A stretch of DNA of 27,838 bases from the IMG/VR virus record IMGVR_UViG_3300020044_001319, positions 1-27,838 of that record; one strand, 5' to 3'. The position numbers were made by a program, and so were the translations under genes. Positions 15,454 through 23,715 of this stretch are shown here, in pieces. The notes beneath the pieces are model-generated. The model ran no database searches and was not told the origin of the DNA. It saw only the letters and a program-made list of their open reading frames with translations. The stretch comes from a virus. Taxonomy: Duplodnaviria > Caudoviricetes. Positions within the stretch are counted from its first letter, which is position 1. Every line of letters begins with the position of its first letter.

Positions 15454-18170
15454 TGGCTTACCCGATTTCGAATGTCTCACGACGAGTCCAGTACACTGGT
15501 AGTGCTGGTGTTGGTCCGTACTCATTTACATTTGAGATTCTTGCCAATACCGACATTGCTGTTTACAAGAACACTACATTGCTGACGTTGACCACGGATT
15601 ACACCGTAACGATCAACTCCAATGGCACTGGCTCTGTGACGCTTGTGTCTGCTGCAACTGGTTCAGATACTGTCACCATTTATGGTTCTCGCGCACTACA
15701 GAGAACGTCTGATTTTGTGACTGGTGGCGACCTATTTGCCAACACGCTGAACGACGAACTCGATAGCCTGGTCATCTTCACTCAGCAGAACAAAGAGGAA
15801 ATTGATCGCTCATTGCAAGCGCCAGTGACTGACCCGACCACCATCGACATGACGCTTCCAGGCGCAGCTTTGCGTGCTGGCAAGCTGCTCGCCTTCAATG
15901 CAACTACAGGCAACGCAGAGGCTGGGCCTGACATCTCCAACTTCACTGGCATCTACCAGGGATCACTCGCATCTGCACCAGCAACGCGCTTTGACACCAC
16001 TGCGCTGCAAGCTGGTGACTTGTACTTTGACACCACGTCAGATAGCATGCGGGTTTACACGGGCGGCGCTTGGCAAGAGATCGCGCCAGAGATGGCTATT
16101 GGCCACCAAGCTTACACGGCAACCGCAGGTCAGACCACCTTCAGCGTCACCGACGGCTACAACACTAGTTCAGTCTATGTCTATCTGAACGGCGTGCTGC
16201 TGGATGCCGCCGACTACACGGCCACCAATGGAACATCAATCGTGTTGGGCAGCGGTGCTGCACTGAATGACACCGTGCGCGTGGTGACCTACTTCAACCC
16301 TGTTGACACCATCTCGATCAGGAACGCAGCAGCGGCATCTGCGGCAGCAGCTGCTACCTCGGCCAGCAACGCTTCAACATCGGCGACCAATGCGGCCTCA
16401 TCTGCTAGCACGGCATCGACTCAGGCAAGCAACGCCAGCACCTCGGCTACTAATGCGGCCAACTCTGCGACTGCAGCATCTGGCTCTGCTAGCACGGCCA
16501 GCACTGCGGCCACTAACGCATCGAACTCTGCAACCGCTGCAGCTACATCGGCCACCAGCGCTAGCAATAGCGGAAGTTCAGCAAGCACCTCTGCCACCAA
16601 TGCTGCAAGCTCTGCGTCATCGGCAAGCACTAGCGCAACCAATGCGTCTAATAGCGCAAGCAGTGCATCATCGTCTGCAAGCACTGCTACCACCCAGGCC
16701 AGCAATGCTACGTCTGCAGCATCGAATGCTGCGAGTTCTGCACTGAATGCTTTGATCAGTGTAAACGCAGCAGCCAACAGCGCCACTGCTGCAGCTGCGT
16801 CTGCCGCCGCTGCTGCCGCCAGTTTTGATGCCTTTGATGATATCTATCTAGGCGCTAAGAGTTCTGACCCCTCTGTCGACAACGATGGCAATGCGTTGAC
16901 TACTGGCGACCAGTACTTCAACACGGTGGCCAATGAACTTCGCATCTGGAATGGATCGGCCTGGCAAGCAGCCGCCGTTGTTGGCGGCACGGTGAATACC
17001 ATTGCTGTAAACACTAGCGCCACATTGAACTACGGCACAGCCAACGCAGTAGCGTATCTCAACGGCTCCAAGGTAATCACCACTGGTTCTGCTCTGGTCT
17101 TTGATGGAACTAATCTTGGGGTTGGTACTACAAGTCCTGCTTATAAGTTGGATGTTTCTAACACATCCGCTGGAGCCTATGTTGTTTCAAGAGTAAATAA
17201 TCTGAGCGCAACAGGCTACACTCGTTTGTTGTTTGAAATTGGCTCAAATGGTGCAAATGGTTCAGCAGATATTAGCTATGTACCTGGAACATTTTTTGCG
17301 GTTGGACCTTCAAGCAACGATACTACAACACCTATTGTTTTTAGAAATAACAATGCCACAGAACGTGCCCGTATAGACTCCTCCGGCAACCTTGGACTGG
17401 GTGTTACTCCGAGTGCTTGGGGTAGTAGCTGGAAAGCAACTCAAAGCGGTGCTGTGGGCGCACTTGCTAGTACAGGTTCAGGTTCTACTGTTCCAACCGC
17501 CGTGGTTTTAGGCGCTTACAACGACAACACAAACTGGAAATATCAATATACAGGTGTTGGTGCAGCTCGTTATGAAATGACAGGAGCAAATGCAGGAAGT
17601 ACCCACGCTTGGTATATTTCAGCAGGCGGCACAGCAGGTAACGCCATAACGTTCACCCAAGCAATGACACTAGACTCCTCCGGTAACTTGTTAGTGGGGA
17701 CTACAACTGCTAGTTATTTGCTTACACAAGGCATGGTTGTAAAAAACCCAAATGACATTGAGACATATGTAGCTGTTGGGCACAAAACAGGTTCTGGTAG
17801 TGGGTCTTCCTTTTTTATTGCATCGTACAACGGTGGCCTTATTGGAAATATCACGCAAAACGGCACGACAGGCGTTTCATACAACACTTCTTCCGATTAC
17901 CGTTTAAAAAACATTGATGGGCCTTTAACTGGTTCAGGTGCATTTATTGATGCTTTGAAGCCAAAAAGTGGAACTTGGAAAGCTGATGGTTCTAAGTTTG
18001 TCGGCTTCTTGGCTCACGAAGTTCAAGAAGTTTCGCCTGGTTCTGTGGTAGGCGAAAAAGATGGAGAACAAATGCAAGCAATGGAATATGGTTCCGCTGA
18101 ATTTATCGCCAACATCATTGCTGAATTGCAATCCCTCCGCGCTCGCGTGGCTCAACTTGAAGGACAATAA
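15453..18170 (+). CDS. Tail fibre protein with an N-terminal adaptor domain and a C-terminal intramolecular chaperone (peptidase S74)
   Basis: N-terminal 'YSFTFEI....DI.VY...LTLTTDYTV...R...LNDELD' (T7 gp17-N-like); Ala/Ser/Thr stalk; 'GNLGLG/GNLLVGTT' repeats; 'TSSDYRLKN' autocleavage site, 'GFLAHEVQEV.P..V.G' and a terminal coiled coil. Confidence 0.9.
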   Translation: MAYPISNVSRRVQYTGSAGVGPYSFTFEILANTDIAVYKNTTLLTLTTDYTVTINSNGTGSVTLVSAATGSDTVTIYGSRALQRTSDFVTGGDLFANTLNDELDSLVIFTQQNKEEIDRSLQAPVTDPTTIDMTLPGAALRAGKLLAFNATTGNAEAGPDISNFTGIYQGSLASAPATRFDTTALQAGDLYFDTTSDSMRVYTGGAWQEIAPEMAIGHQAYTATAGQTTFSVTDGYNTSSVYVYLNGVLLDAADYTATNGTSIVLGSGAALNDTVRVVTYFNPVDTISIRNAAAASAAAAATSASNASTSATNAASSASTASTQASNASTSATNAANSATAASGSASTASTAATNASNSATAAATSATSASNSGSSASTSATNAASSASSASTSATNASNSASSASSSASTATTQASNATSAASNAASSALNALISVNAAANSATAAAASAAAAAASFDAFDDIYLGAKSSDPSVDNDGNALTTGDQYFNTVANELRIWNGSAWQAAAVVGGTVNTIAVNTSATLNYGTANAVAYLNGSKVITTGSALVFDGTNLGVGTTSPAYKLDVSNTSAGAYVVSRVNNLSATGYTRLLFEIGSNGANGSADISYVPGTFFAVGPSSNDTTTPIVFRNNNATERARIDSSGNLGLGVTPSAWGSSWKATQSGAVGALASTGSGSTVPTAVVLGAYNDNTNWKYQYTGVGAARYEMTGANAGSTHAWYISAGGTAGNAITFTQAMTLDSSGNLLVGTTTASYLLTQGMVVKNPNDIETYVAVGHKTGSGSGSSFFIASYNGGLIGNITQNGTTGVSYNTSSDYRLKNIDGPLTGSGAFIDALKPKSGTWKADGSKFVGFLAHEVQEVSPGSVVGEKDGEQMQAMEYGSAEFIANIIAELQSLRARVAQLEGQ
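16327..16822 (+). repeat. Low-complexity Ala/Ser/Thr/Asn heptad-like repeat in the tail fibre
   Basis: Recurring ASTSATN / AASSAS units over ~165 aa. The repeat is degenerate at the nucleotide level. Confidence 0.85.
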
Positions 18171-18172
18171 TC

Positions 18173-18472
18173 ATGACTATCACCTGGACAATCACTAATC
18201 TCGACCGCCGTACCTCTGACGGTTTCGTAACAGTCGCCCACTGGAATGCTTCCGCAGTGGATGGAGAGGTTTCTGCCTCTATCTATTCCACCGTTGGTTG
18301 GACAGAAGGCGCTCCTACGGTTCCTTATGATTCACTGACTCCCGAGGCTGTTCTGGCCTGGGTGTGGGCCTCTGGCGTGGACAAAGCAGCCACTGAAGAA
18401 GCTTTGGCTGCACAGATCGCCGCACAGAAGAACCCTGTCAGCGTTGCTGGCGTGCCATGGGATAACGCATGA
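18173..18472 (+). CDS. Tail-fibre-associated small protein
   Basis: 'WTI..LDR...GFV...HW', 'PYDSLT.E.VL.WVW' and 'GVPW' end; commonly follows tail fibres of aquatic phages. Confidence 0.65.
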   Translation: MTITWTITNLDRRTSDGFVTVAHWNASAVDGEVSASIYSTVGWTEGAPTVPYDSLTPEAVLAWVWASGVDKAATEEALAAQIAAQKNPVSVAGVPWDNA

Positions 18473-18630
18473 AAGAGTTTAACCTGCATCTGGCAGAGAA
18501 CGAGTTGGAGTTCATCAAGCAGGTGCCAGGTGAACTGCCGACCAAGAGCAATGCTTGGCAAGTCTTGATGAAAATCCAGGGCCAGATGGATCAGCAACAG
18601 CAGCAAGAGGCAGCGCCGCCTGCTGCGTAA
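18469..18630 (+). CDS. Small hypothetical protein (53 aa), absent from the ORF track
   Basis: ATGA coupling. Translates as MKEFNLHLAENELEFIKQVPGELPTKSNAWQVLMKIQGQMDQQQQQEAAPPAA. Confidence 0.6.
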   Translation: MKEFNLHLAENELEFIKQVPGELPTKSNAWQVLMKIQGQMDQQQQQEAAPPAA

Positions 18631-18644
18631 GTACAACAAGCAAT

Positions 18645-18663
18645 AGGCCCGTCTGGGCCTTTT
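18645..18663 (+). terminator. Possible weak intrinsic terminator
   Basis: AGGCCC-GTCT-GGGCCT followed by a short T run. Confidence 0.45.
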
Positions 18664-18686
18664 AGTAGTTTTGAAAGGAGTCCAAC

Positions 18687-19130
18687 ATGGGACAAGCAAG
18701 AGAAATTGCAAGATTGCCGAATGCTCCAGCATTCAACGTGTATGCTATCTTAAGCACATCACTGGTAAGCGGCGCTAACACCAAGGTCGAATTTCAGCAA
18801 GAAGACACTGATACCAATGGCAACTTCGCCAGTTCGCGGTTTACACCTACCGTCGCAGGATATTACCAGATAAATGCCTCCGTTAAGTTTGATGGCAGCA
18901 CAGTAAACCCCATGACATACATACGCAAGAACAGCAGCACCAGAGTTTCTGGAAACTACATACCAGGCACTCATAGTTCTCCAATTACCATTGCTAGTGC
19001 TCTTATTTACTTGAACGGATCAACAGATTACATCGAGGTCGATGCCACTCATTCGACTGGAAGTGCCGTCAATACATATACAACTGGCAATTCAACCAGA
19101 TTTAGCGCTTGCTTTGTGCGGCCTACTTGA
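18687..19130 (+). CDS. C1q-like domain protein (putative accessory receptor-binding / fibre protein)
   Basis: AAGGAG RBS. 'PAFNVY', 'NFASSRFTPTVAGYYQINASV', 'LIYLNGSTDYIEV' and 'FSACFV' follow the C1q/TNF-fold pattern. Confidence 0.72.
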   Translation: MGQAREIARLPNAPAFNVYAILSTSLVSGANTKVEFQQEDTDTNGNFASSRFTPTVAGYYQINASVKFDGSTVNPMTYIRKNSSTRVSGNYIPGTHSSPITIASALIYLNGSTDYIEVDATHSTGSAVNTYTTGNSTRFSACFVRPT

Positions 19131-19141
19131 TGGAGATGTAA

Positions 19142-19309
19142 ATGGTGACTCCGGTTGAAGCACGCCTGCAAACACATGAAGAAGTGTGTGCCTATCGTTA
19201 TGAACAGATCAACGCCAGACTCAAACGTCTTGAGGGAATCATTATCAAGGTTGCTGGTGTGATGTTGTGCGGAATGGCAGGCGTTATTTGGTCATCAATA
19301 CAAAGATGA
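19142..19309 (+). CDS. Small coiled-coil protein with a C-terminal TM helix (holin / XhlA-like), absent from the ORF track
   Basis: GGAG RBS. Translates as MVTPVEARLQTHEEVCAYRYEQINARLKRLEGIIIKVAGVMLCGMAGVIWSSIQR. Confidence 0.65.
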   Translation: MVTPVEARLQTHEEVCAYRYEQINARLKRLEGIIIKVAGVMLCGMAGVIWSSIQR

Positions 19310-19310
19310 T

Positions 19311-20003
19311 GTGGACCCTTTCACCATCATGGCAGCGGCATCTGCCGCTGTCAAAGGGATCAAAAAAGCCTGCGAACTTTACAAGGAAGTAAAGGGTGTA
19401 GCCGGTAACGTCAAAGAGGTACTAAAGGACATTGACAAACAGTTTGCTGGTAAGTCTGTAAGCAAGGAGCAGGCAAAGCAGATTGAGGAGGAAAAGCAAC
19501 GAGTCAAGGAAGCATCACACACAGACCCTGGCGATGTGATCTCACAGATAGGTCAGCAGTTGGGTGAGTTCTTTGATTCAATGGACAAGATTGAGGCAGT
19601 ATTTCACGAGCAGGAGCGCAAGGCTCACGAGATACACGACGACAAGGATGGTTCGCTCAAGCGTATGGCATTGAACAGAGTGCTGATCAGATCAAGGTTG
19701 GAGCAGATGCACGCCGAGATCAGGACTCAGATGACCTGGAACACCCCGCAGGAGTTGGGTGATCTGTGGACTCGGTTCAACAGTATGTGGGAGCAGACAC
19801 TGGAGGAACAGACTGAGGCAAGACGCAGGCAACTGATTAAGGACAGAGAAGCCAGATGGCGACGAGACAGAATCCGCAACGCAATCAAAGACAACCTAAT
19901 GGGACTCGCGGTGTTTCTAATTCTGGCTCTCGAAACAATGGGGGTATTGTGGACGATCCGATTGCATCAGCAGAACGCACTGCCCTCATGGTTGGGCTTC
20001 TGA
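19311..20003 (+). CDS. Coiled-coil protein with a C-terminal TM helix in the lysis region
   Basis: 'MDPFTIMAAASAAVKGIK' N-terminus, long charged helices, hydrophobic segment LMGLAVFLILALETMGVLW. Confidence 0.7.
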   Translation: MDPFTIMAAASAAVKGIKKACELYKEVKGVAGNVKEVLKDIDKQFAGKSVSKEQAKQIEEEKQRVKEASHTDPGDVISQIGQQLGEFFDSMDKIEAVFHEQERKAHEIHDDKDGSLKRMALNRVLIRSRLEQMHAEIRTQMTWNTPQELGDLWTRFNSMWEQTLEEQTEARRRQLIKDREARWRRDRIRNAIKDNLMGLAVFLILALETMGVLWTIRLHQQNALPSWLGF

Positions 20004-20131
20004 TCACCATGACATTGGTTCTTGGAATGACTATCGGTGTTGTGATTCTCAGTTTGAAACTAAAACAGGAACGTGATGTGAATGAAATCCTGAAGGCCAA
20101 GATTGTTGGGAGACTGATTCAATGCCCATGA
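19988..20131 (+). CDS. Small single-TM membrane protein
   Basis: MVGLLITMTLVLGMTIGVVILSLKLKQERD...; fills the gap between neighbours with ATGA coupling to the next gene. Confidence 0.5.
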   Translation: MVGLLITMTLVLGMTIGVVILSLKLKQERDVNEILKAKIVGRLIQCP

Positions 20132-20346
20132 GATTCCTGTTGCTGGCTGTGCTGGTACTGGTTGGATGCCAGGACAGATACAGATACACCTGCCAAAACC
20201 CTGACAAGTTCAACCTGCCTGAATGTCAGAAGCCTCGATGTCTGTTCACGCAGACCTGTCCTGAGTACCTGGTTGCCCCTATCTTGGAGAAGAAAATTGA
20301 GCAACAACAACCCCAACCCAACCCCGCTAACACCAGCGGAAATTGA
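20128..20346 (+). CDS. Small Cys-rich lipoprotein
   Basis: Signal peptide MRFLLLAVLVLVG-C (lipobox) followed by four more Cys. Confidence 0.72.
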   Translation: MRFLLLAVLVLVGCQDRYRYTCQNPDKFNLPECQKPRCLFTQTCPEYLVAPILEKKIEQQQPQPNPANTSGN

Positions 20347-20815
20347 GGTCAGAGTCTGGGCATTTGTCGTCGGGATCGTGACGGTGATCCTGGCTGGCAT
20401 TGTGTTCTTCATGCTGTACAGCGTGACGTTCGTGACTCAGCCCATCAAGTCTATGGCCCCTATCGACCAGGGTTACCTGAAGATGCTGAACGACATTGTT
20501 CTGCTGATCGTGGGTGGCATTGGTGGCGTGATGACCAAGCGAGCAGTAGGGGCGGTGGGCAATCTAGGTACACCTGCAAGTCCACCTCCAGCTACACCAG
20601 CACCTGCACCTCAAGGAGGGCCACAGCCCCCTCTCCAGCAAGCCGTGACTGGCGGCTTGTTTGGTAATGCAATGGGTGCGATGCCAGTCTTTATCAATCC
20701 CGAACTGGATGAGTCTTGGACTCCTCCTCCACCGCCCAGCACTCCCCCTGAACACATGGAGTCTGACCAATATCGTGAGCGCATTGCTGCCGCAAGACTG
20801 GAGGCTGGCACATGA
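20297..20815 (+). CDS. Two-TM membrane protein with a Pro-rich tail (holin candidate)
   Basis: Likely TTG start at 20297 with GGAG at 20286-20289. TM1 VWAFVVGIVTVILAGIVFFMLYSV, TM2 IVLLIVGGIGGVM. Confidence 0.65.
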   Translation: MSNNNPNPTPLTPAEIEVRVWAFVVGIVTVILAGIVFFMLYSVTFVTQPIKSMAPIDQGYLKMLNDIVLLIVGGIGGVMTKRAVGAVGNLGTPASPPPATPAPAPQGGPQPPLQQAVTGGLFGNAMGAMPVFINPELDESWTPPPPPSTPPEHMESDQYRERIAAARLEAGT

Positions 20816-21315
20816 TCCGTCTACCCAACCCTTGGATGATTCTTGGAGCCATTGCCGTGGTGACCGGGGTTTACTGGTACGGTCACTCTGCCGGGTGGAG
20901 CAAGCGTGATCAGGAAATGCAGGCTGAGATTGCTGCCAAGAACGCAGAATCCAGGGCAACCGAGATTAAGCTAAACGAGGAAATCAACGCGAACGCATCT
21001 AAACTAGCGGAGGCTAACAATGCAATCACTGAAAAACAAACTGCTCTTGATCGTGCTATTCGTGCTGGCAGGGTGCGCATCTCGGCCCCCACAAGTTGTG
21101 TACCAACCCCCGCAAGTCCCGCCCCTGCCGCCGGAGATCGGAACCAAGCGCCCAGCCAACCTGACCGAGCGCCTGACCAACCTTCTGATTCCGAGCGAGA
21201 AACCCTCGCCGCAATCGCCGCCCTCATTGCAGAAGCAGACAAGCACATCAACCAACTCAACGCCTGCATCGACAGCTACAACAAAGTGAGGGAGCAGTTG
21301 AATGGTAAACGCTGA
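20812..21315 (+). CDS. Rz: Inner-membrane spanin (Rz-like)
   Basis: N-terminal TM, coiled coil, 'G.VRI...C', C-terminal 'EAD....QLNACID.Y'. Hosts an embedded lipoprotein gene. Confidence 0.82.
   Translation: MIRLPNPWMILGAIAVVTGVYWYGHSAGWSKRDQEMQAEIAAKNAESRATEIKLNEEINANASKLAEANNAITEKQTALDRAIRAGRVRISAPTSCVPTPASPAPAAGDRNQAPSQPDRAPDQPSDSERETLAAIAALIAEADKHINQLNACIDSYNKVREQLNGKR
21020..21289 (+). CDS. Rz1: Outer-membrane spanin lipoprotein (Rz1-like), embedded in the +1 frame of Rz
   Basis: MQSLKNKLLLIVLFVLAG-C lipobox, Pro-rich mature part, GGAGG RBS at 21009-21013. Confidence 0.82.
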   Translation: MQSLKNKLLLIVLFVLAGCASRPPQVVYQPPQVPPLPPEIGTKRPANLTERLTNLLIPSEKPSPQSPPSLQKQTSTSTNSTPASTATTK

Positions 21316-21901
21316 ACAACTCCAGAGACTTCACATTGGTGCTGAGTGGGTTGACGCGCTGAACTCTACGTTTGCCAAGTTCAACATCAATAGTCCCAGG
21401 CAACAGGCCGCATTCATTGGTCAGTGTGGTCACGAGTGTGGTCACTTCAAAGTCCTGCAAGAGAACCTAAACTATCGGGCCGCAACGCTGATGAAGCTGT
21501 GGCCCAAACGATTCCCGACTCAAGAGATAGCAGATCAGTATGCTGGAAACTCTAAGAAGATTGCCAACATGGTTTACGCCAACCGCATGGGTAACCGTGA
21601 CGAGGCATCCGGTGATGGTTATCGTTTCCGTGGTCGTGGTTGTATTCAGCTTACAGGCCATGCCAATTATTTCCATGCTGGCAAGGCTCTGGGAATTGAC
21701 TTTGTATTACAGCCCGATCTGGTCGCAACTCCTGCTTATGCGGCACTGACTGCGGGATGGTTCTGGTCAACCCACGACTGCAACAACCTGGCTGAGAACA
21801 GCAACTGGACTGGCCTCACCAAGAAGATCAATGGCGGGACAATTGGATTGCAGGACCGCATTGCCCACACTGAGCAGGCTTTGCAAGTCCTGTCTGCTTA
21901 A
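21302..21901 (+). CDS. Endolysin, glycoside hydrolase family 19
   Basis: 'AAFIGQCGHECG.F..L.ENLNY', 'GDGYRFRGRGCIQLTG..NY', 'AGWFW', 'TKKINGG.IGL.DR'. Confidence 0.93.
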   Translation: MVNAEQLQRLHIGAEWVDALNSTFAKFNINSPRQQAAFIGQCGHECGHFKVLQENLNYRAATLMKLWPKRFPTQEIADQYAGNSKKIANMVYANRMGNRDEASGDGYRFRGRGCIQLTGHANYFHAGKALGIDFVLQPDLVATPAYAALTAGWFWSTHDCNNLAENSNWTGLTKKINGGTIGLQDRIAHTEQALQVLSA

Positions 21902-22014
21902 TCCTGACCGAGTAACCAGATGTGAAAGTCCTGCGGGACTTTCCCTTCTTTCTGGCACTGGTTGCAATATTCCTGATATTGCTGGTCAAGAGCAGCCCAA
22001 TCAACTGACTCCAT
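21898..22014 (-). CDS. Small hypothetical protein (38 aa)
   Basis: AAGGAGG RBS before the ATG at 22014; MESVDWAALDQQYQEYCNQCQKEGKVPQDFHIWLLGQD. Its stop overlaps the endolysin stop. Confidence 0.55.
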   Translation of the reverse strand: MESVDWAALDQQYQEYCNQCQKEGKVPQDFHIWLLGQD

Positions 22015-22768
22015 CTTCACCTCCTTGAGCGCCCAGACGCTTGAGTCGCAGGGTGTAATCACCCATGAGATTGGACTTGTGGGCAATATCCATCCGGTCC
22101 ACGTTCATCTCGTTGGCCTCACGCAGTTCACGCATCTTGGTCATGCGTAACCGTGGGGTTATGCTGCCAGCTTTCTCGATCTGATCTCTGACTGTCATCA
22201 TGGCATCGAACAGGTCTTGAGATGATCCGTAGATTCGATCTTCTTTGCCGGGTATCGCCATGCGGAACTGTGCCCCTGTTGATGGTTTGACGGGCGGGTC
22301 AATCATATCCAGTGGGTTCTTTGGTGCTGGTCTGCCCTTGACTTCGTGGGTATCTGACTCGGTATCGTTGTCGCCTTCTGTCGGGATGGCGAATGCCTGG
22401 AATGCTGCGTACTTGTATGCCGCTGACATTGCCTTGTTGGTAGCCTTGTCGCCAGAATCCATTGCCTCACCAAACGTCTTGACTGTGTGCTTGCTGCCAT
22501 CCTCGGCAGACACAAAATCGAACTCAACTTCTACGGTGACGTAGAACAGGGCATTGCCCTTTGCGCTGGAACGCTCGACACACTCACGACTAATGACGCG
22601 AGGCAGAATGCACAGACCATGTTCAGCCAGCAATGGAGAGATGGTGTTGTAGACATCATCAATGCCACGGAACTTGTAGCCATTGCCTTGGGTATTCAGT
22701 CGGTCTTTGGTGATACCGATCTTGGACAGTTCGTTCTGAACTGCATTGATTGCTTGATAAACTTTCAC
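22001..22768 (-). CDS. erf: ERF-family single-strand annealing protein
   Basis: GTG start coupled to the upstream stop (GTGA). 'YKFRGIDDVYN...PLL...GL' and 'GEAMDSGDKATNKAMSAAYKYA..Q.F.IPTEGDND'. Confidence 0.88.
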   Translation of the reverse strand: MKVYQAINAVQNELSKIGITKDRLNTQGNGYKFRGIDDVYNTISPLLAEHGLCILPRVISRECVERSSAKGNALFYVTVEVEFDFVSAEDGSKHTVKTFGEAMDSGDKATNKAMSAAYKYAAFQAFAIPTEGDNDTESDTHEVKGRPAPKNPLDMIDPPVKPSTGAQFRMAIPGKEDRIYGSSQDLFDAMMTVRDQIEKAGSITPRLRMTKMRELREANEMNVDRMDIAHKSNLMGDYTLRLKRLGAQGGEDGVS

Positions 22769-23715
22769 TTGAGTTCCTTGATTGAGAGGGTTGACTGGCG
22801 CACTGAGTACGCTGCTTTTGCTGGTGTAATTTTTTCCTGAGTTTCCTTGTAGTGACGCATGGGCCATTTGATCTGCCATTTGCCACACTTAGCACTGCCA
22901 AACCCTTGCATCATCTCCTTGAGTTTCAGTTCTTTCTCAGCAACCTGATCCTCCATGCTTTTGATCTCAGCCTTCAGACCTATGATGGCGCTGGCAATAC
23001 CCTCGTACTCGTCGCCAAGATCAATGTCCTGGTCGTTTGCTGTGGGCCAGACTCGGTTGGCATCCTTGGTATCTTCAGGCGGGTAGTAGTCTAGATCGCC
23101 AGTCTGACGGAACTTCTCAAGCCGTAACTCAAAGTCATAAGCCAGGTTCTTGATGTGTTCCTGCGTGGCCTGATGGGGTTTGAACAAAAAGATGCGGAGT
23201 TCGATACCTGAGTACAGACATCCGATTGCTGCCCACTCCAGACCAGTACACATCATTACGCCTTGCACCTGGATTGGTCCACGGTACAGCGGCAGGGATT
23301 CTTCCTGGTGACTTCTGGTCAGCTTGGATTCCAGTACACCATTGCCCTTGAGCGTGATCGAGTCACCGTCCACCACATAGATGCCGTTGGATGGATCGTG
23401 CTGGATGACGATCTCCTTGTCCACAAAGGCAATGGCATCAGCACTAGCACCGAGCGCCAGTTCAGGATGCTTGAACGCTTTGTCAGGCATCTCGTAGCGG
23501 TCAATGCCAAGACGCTTGGCAATCTCCGCAATGATGGCAGGCTCAAGCAGGTTCCCCCAATCTGCCGCCTCGCCTGCTGGAGTACGAGCGTCTTCACCAA
23601 GAATGGACTTGGCACAGAACATCAGGGTGTCATTGGGTTTGGAGTATGGACTCACTCCGAACAGGCTGGGCAGTTGACTGCACGACAGCATTTCGTCACT
23701 GGTTAACTTAGGCAT
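22765..23715 (-). CDS. YqaJ / lambda-exonuclease-family recombination nuclease
   Basis: 'S.SQLP.LFGVSPY', 'WGN.LEP.I', 'HP...LGASADA', 'LESK', 'QVQ..M.CTG..WA'. Adjacent to ERF; GGAG RBS before the ATG at 23715. Confidence 0.87.
   Translation of the reverse strand: MPKLTSDEMLSCSQLPSLFGVSPYSKPNDTLMFCAKSILGEDARTPAGEAADWGNLLEPAIIAEIAKRLGIDRYEMPDKAFKHPELALGASADAIAFVDKEIVIQHDPSNGIYVVDGDSITLKGNGVLESKLTRSHQEESLPLYRGPIQVQGVMMCTGLEWAAIGCLYSGIELRIFLFKPHQATQEHIKNLAYDFELRLEKFRQTGDLDYYPPEDTKDANRVWPTANDQDIDLGDEYEGIASAIIGLKAEIKSMEDQVAEKELKLKEMMQGFGSAKCGKWQIKWPMRHYKETQEKITPAKAAYSVRQSTLSIKELK

Noticed and set aside
12627-15525. Several long minus-strand ORFs (217, 240, 251, 161 aa) within the large ejection gene
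   Set aside because: Fully nested antisense shadows lacking the RBS and promoter signals seen for 12221-12424.
16303-16786. Alternative-frame ORFs and a possible CRISPR/tandem array in the repeat region
   Set aside because: Products of the Ala/Ser/Thr low-complexity coding repeat; no constant repeat-spacer structure.
17374-19130. Diversity-generating retroelement (considered because of the BPP-1-like head genes)
   Set aside because: No reverse transcriptase ORF and no ~100-nt template/variable repeat pair with adenine-specific differences seen in this window.
20162-20296. N-terminal extension of the two-TM protein as given in the ORF track
   Set aside because: Lies within the lipoprotein gene. 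TTG 20297 with a GGAG RBS is the more plausible start.
22769-22888. N-terminal extension of the ERF ORF
   Set aside because: Overlaps the exonuclease gene. GTGA coupling at 22765-22768 indicates the real start.
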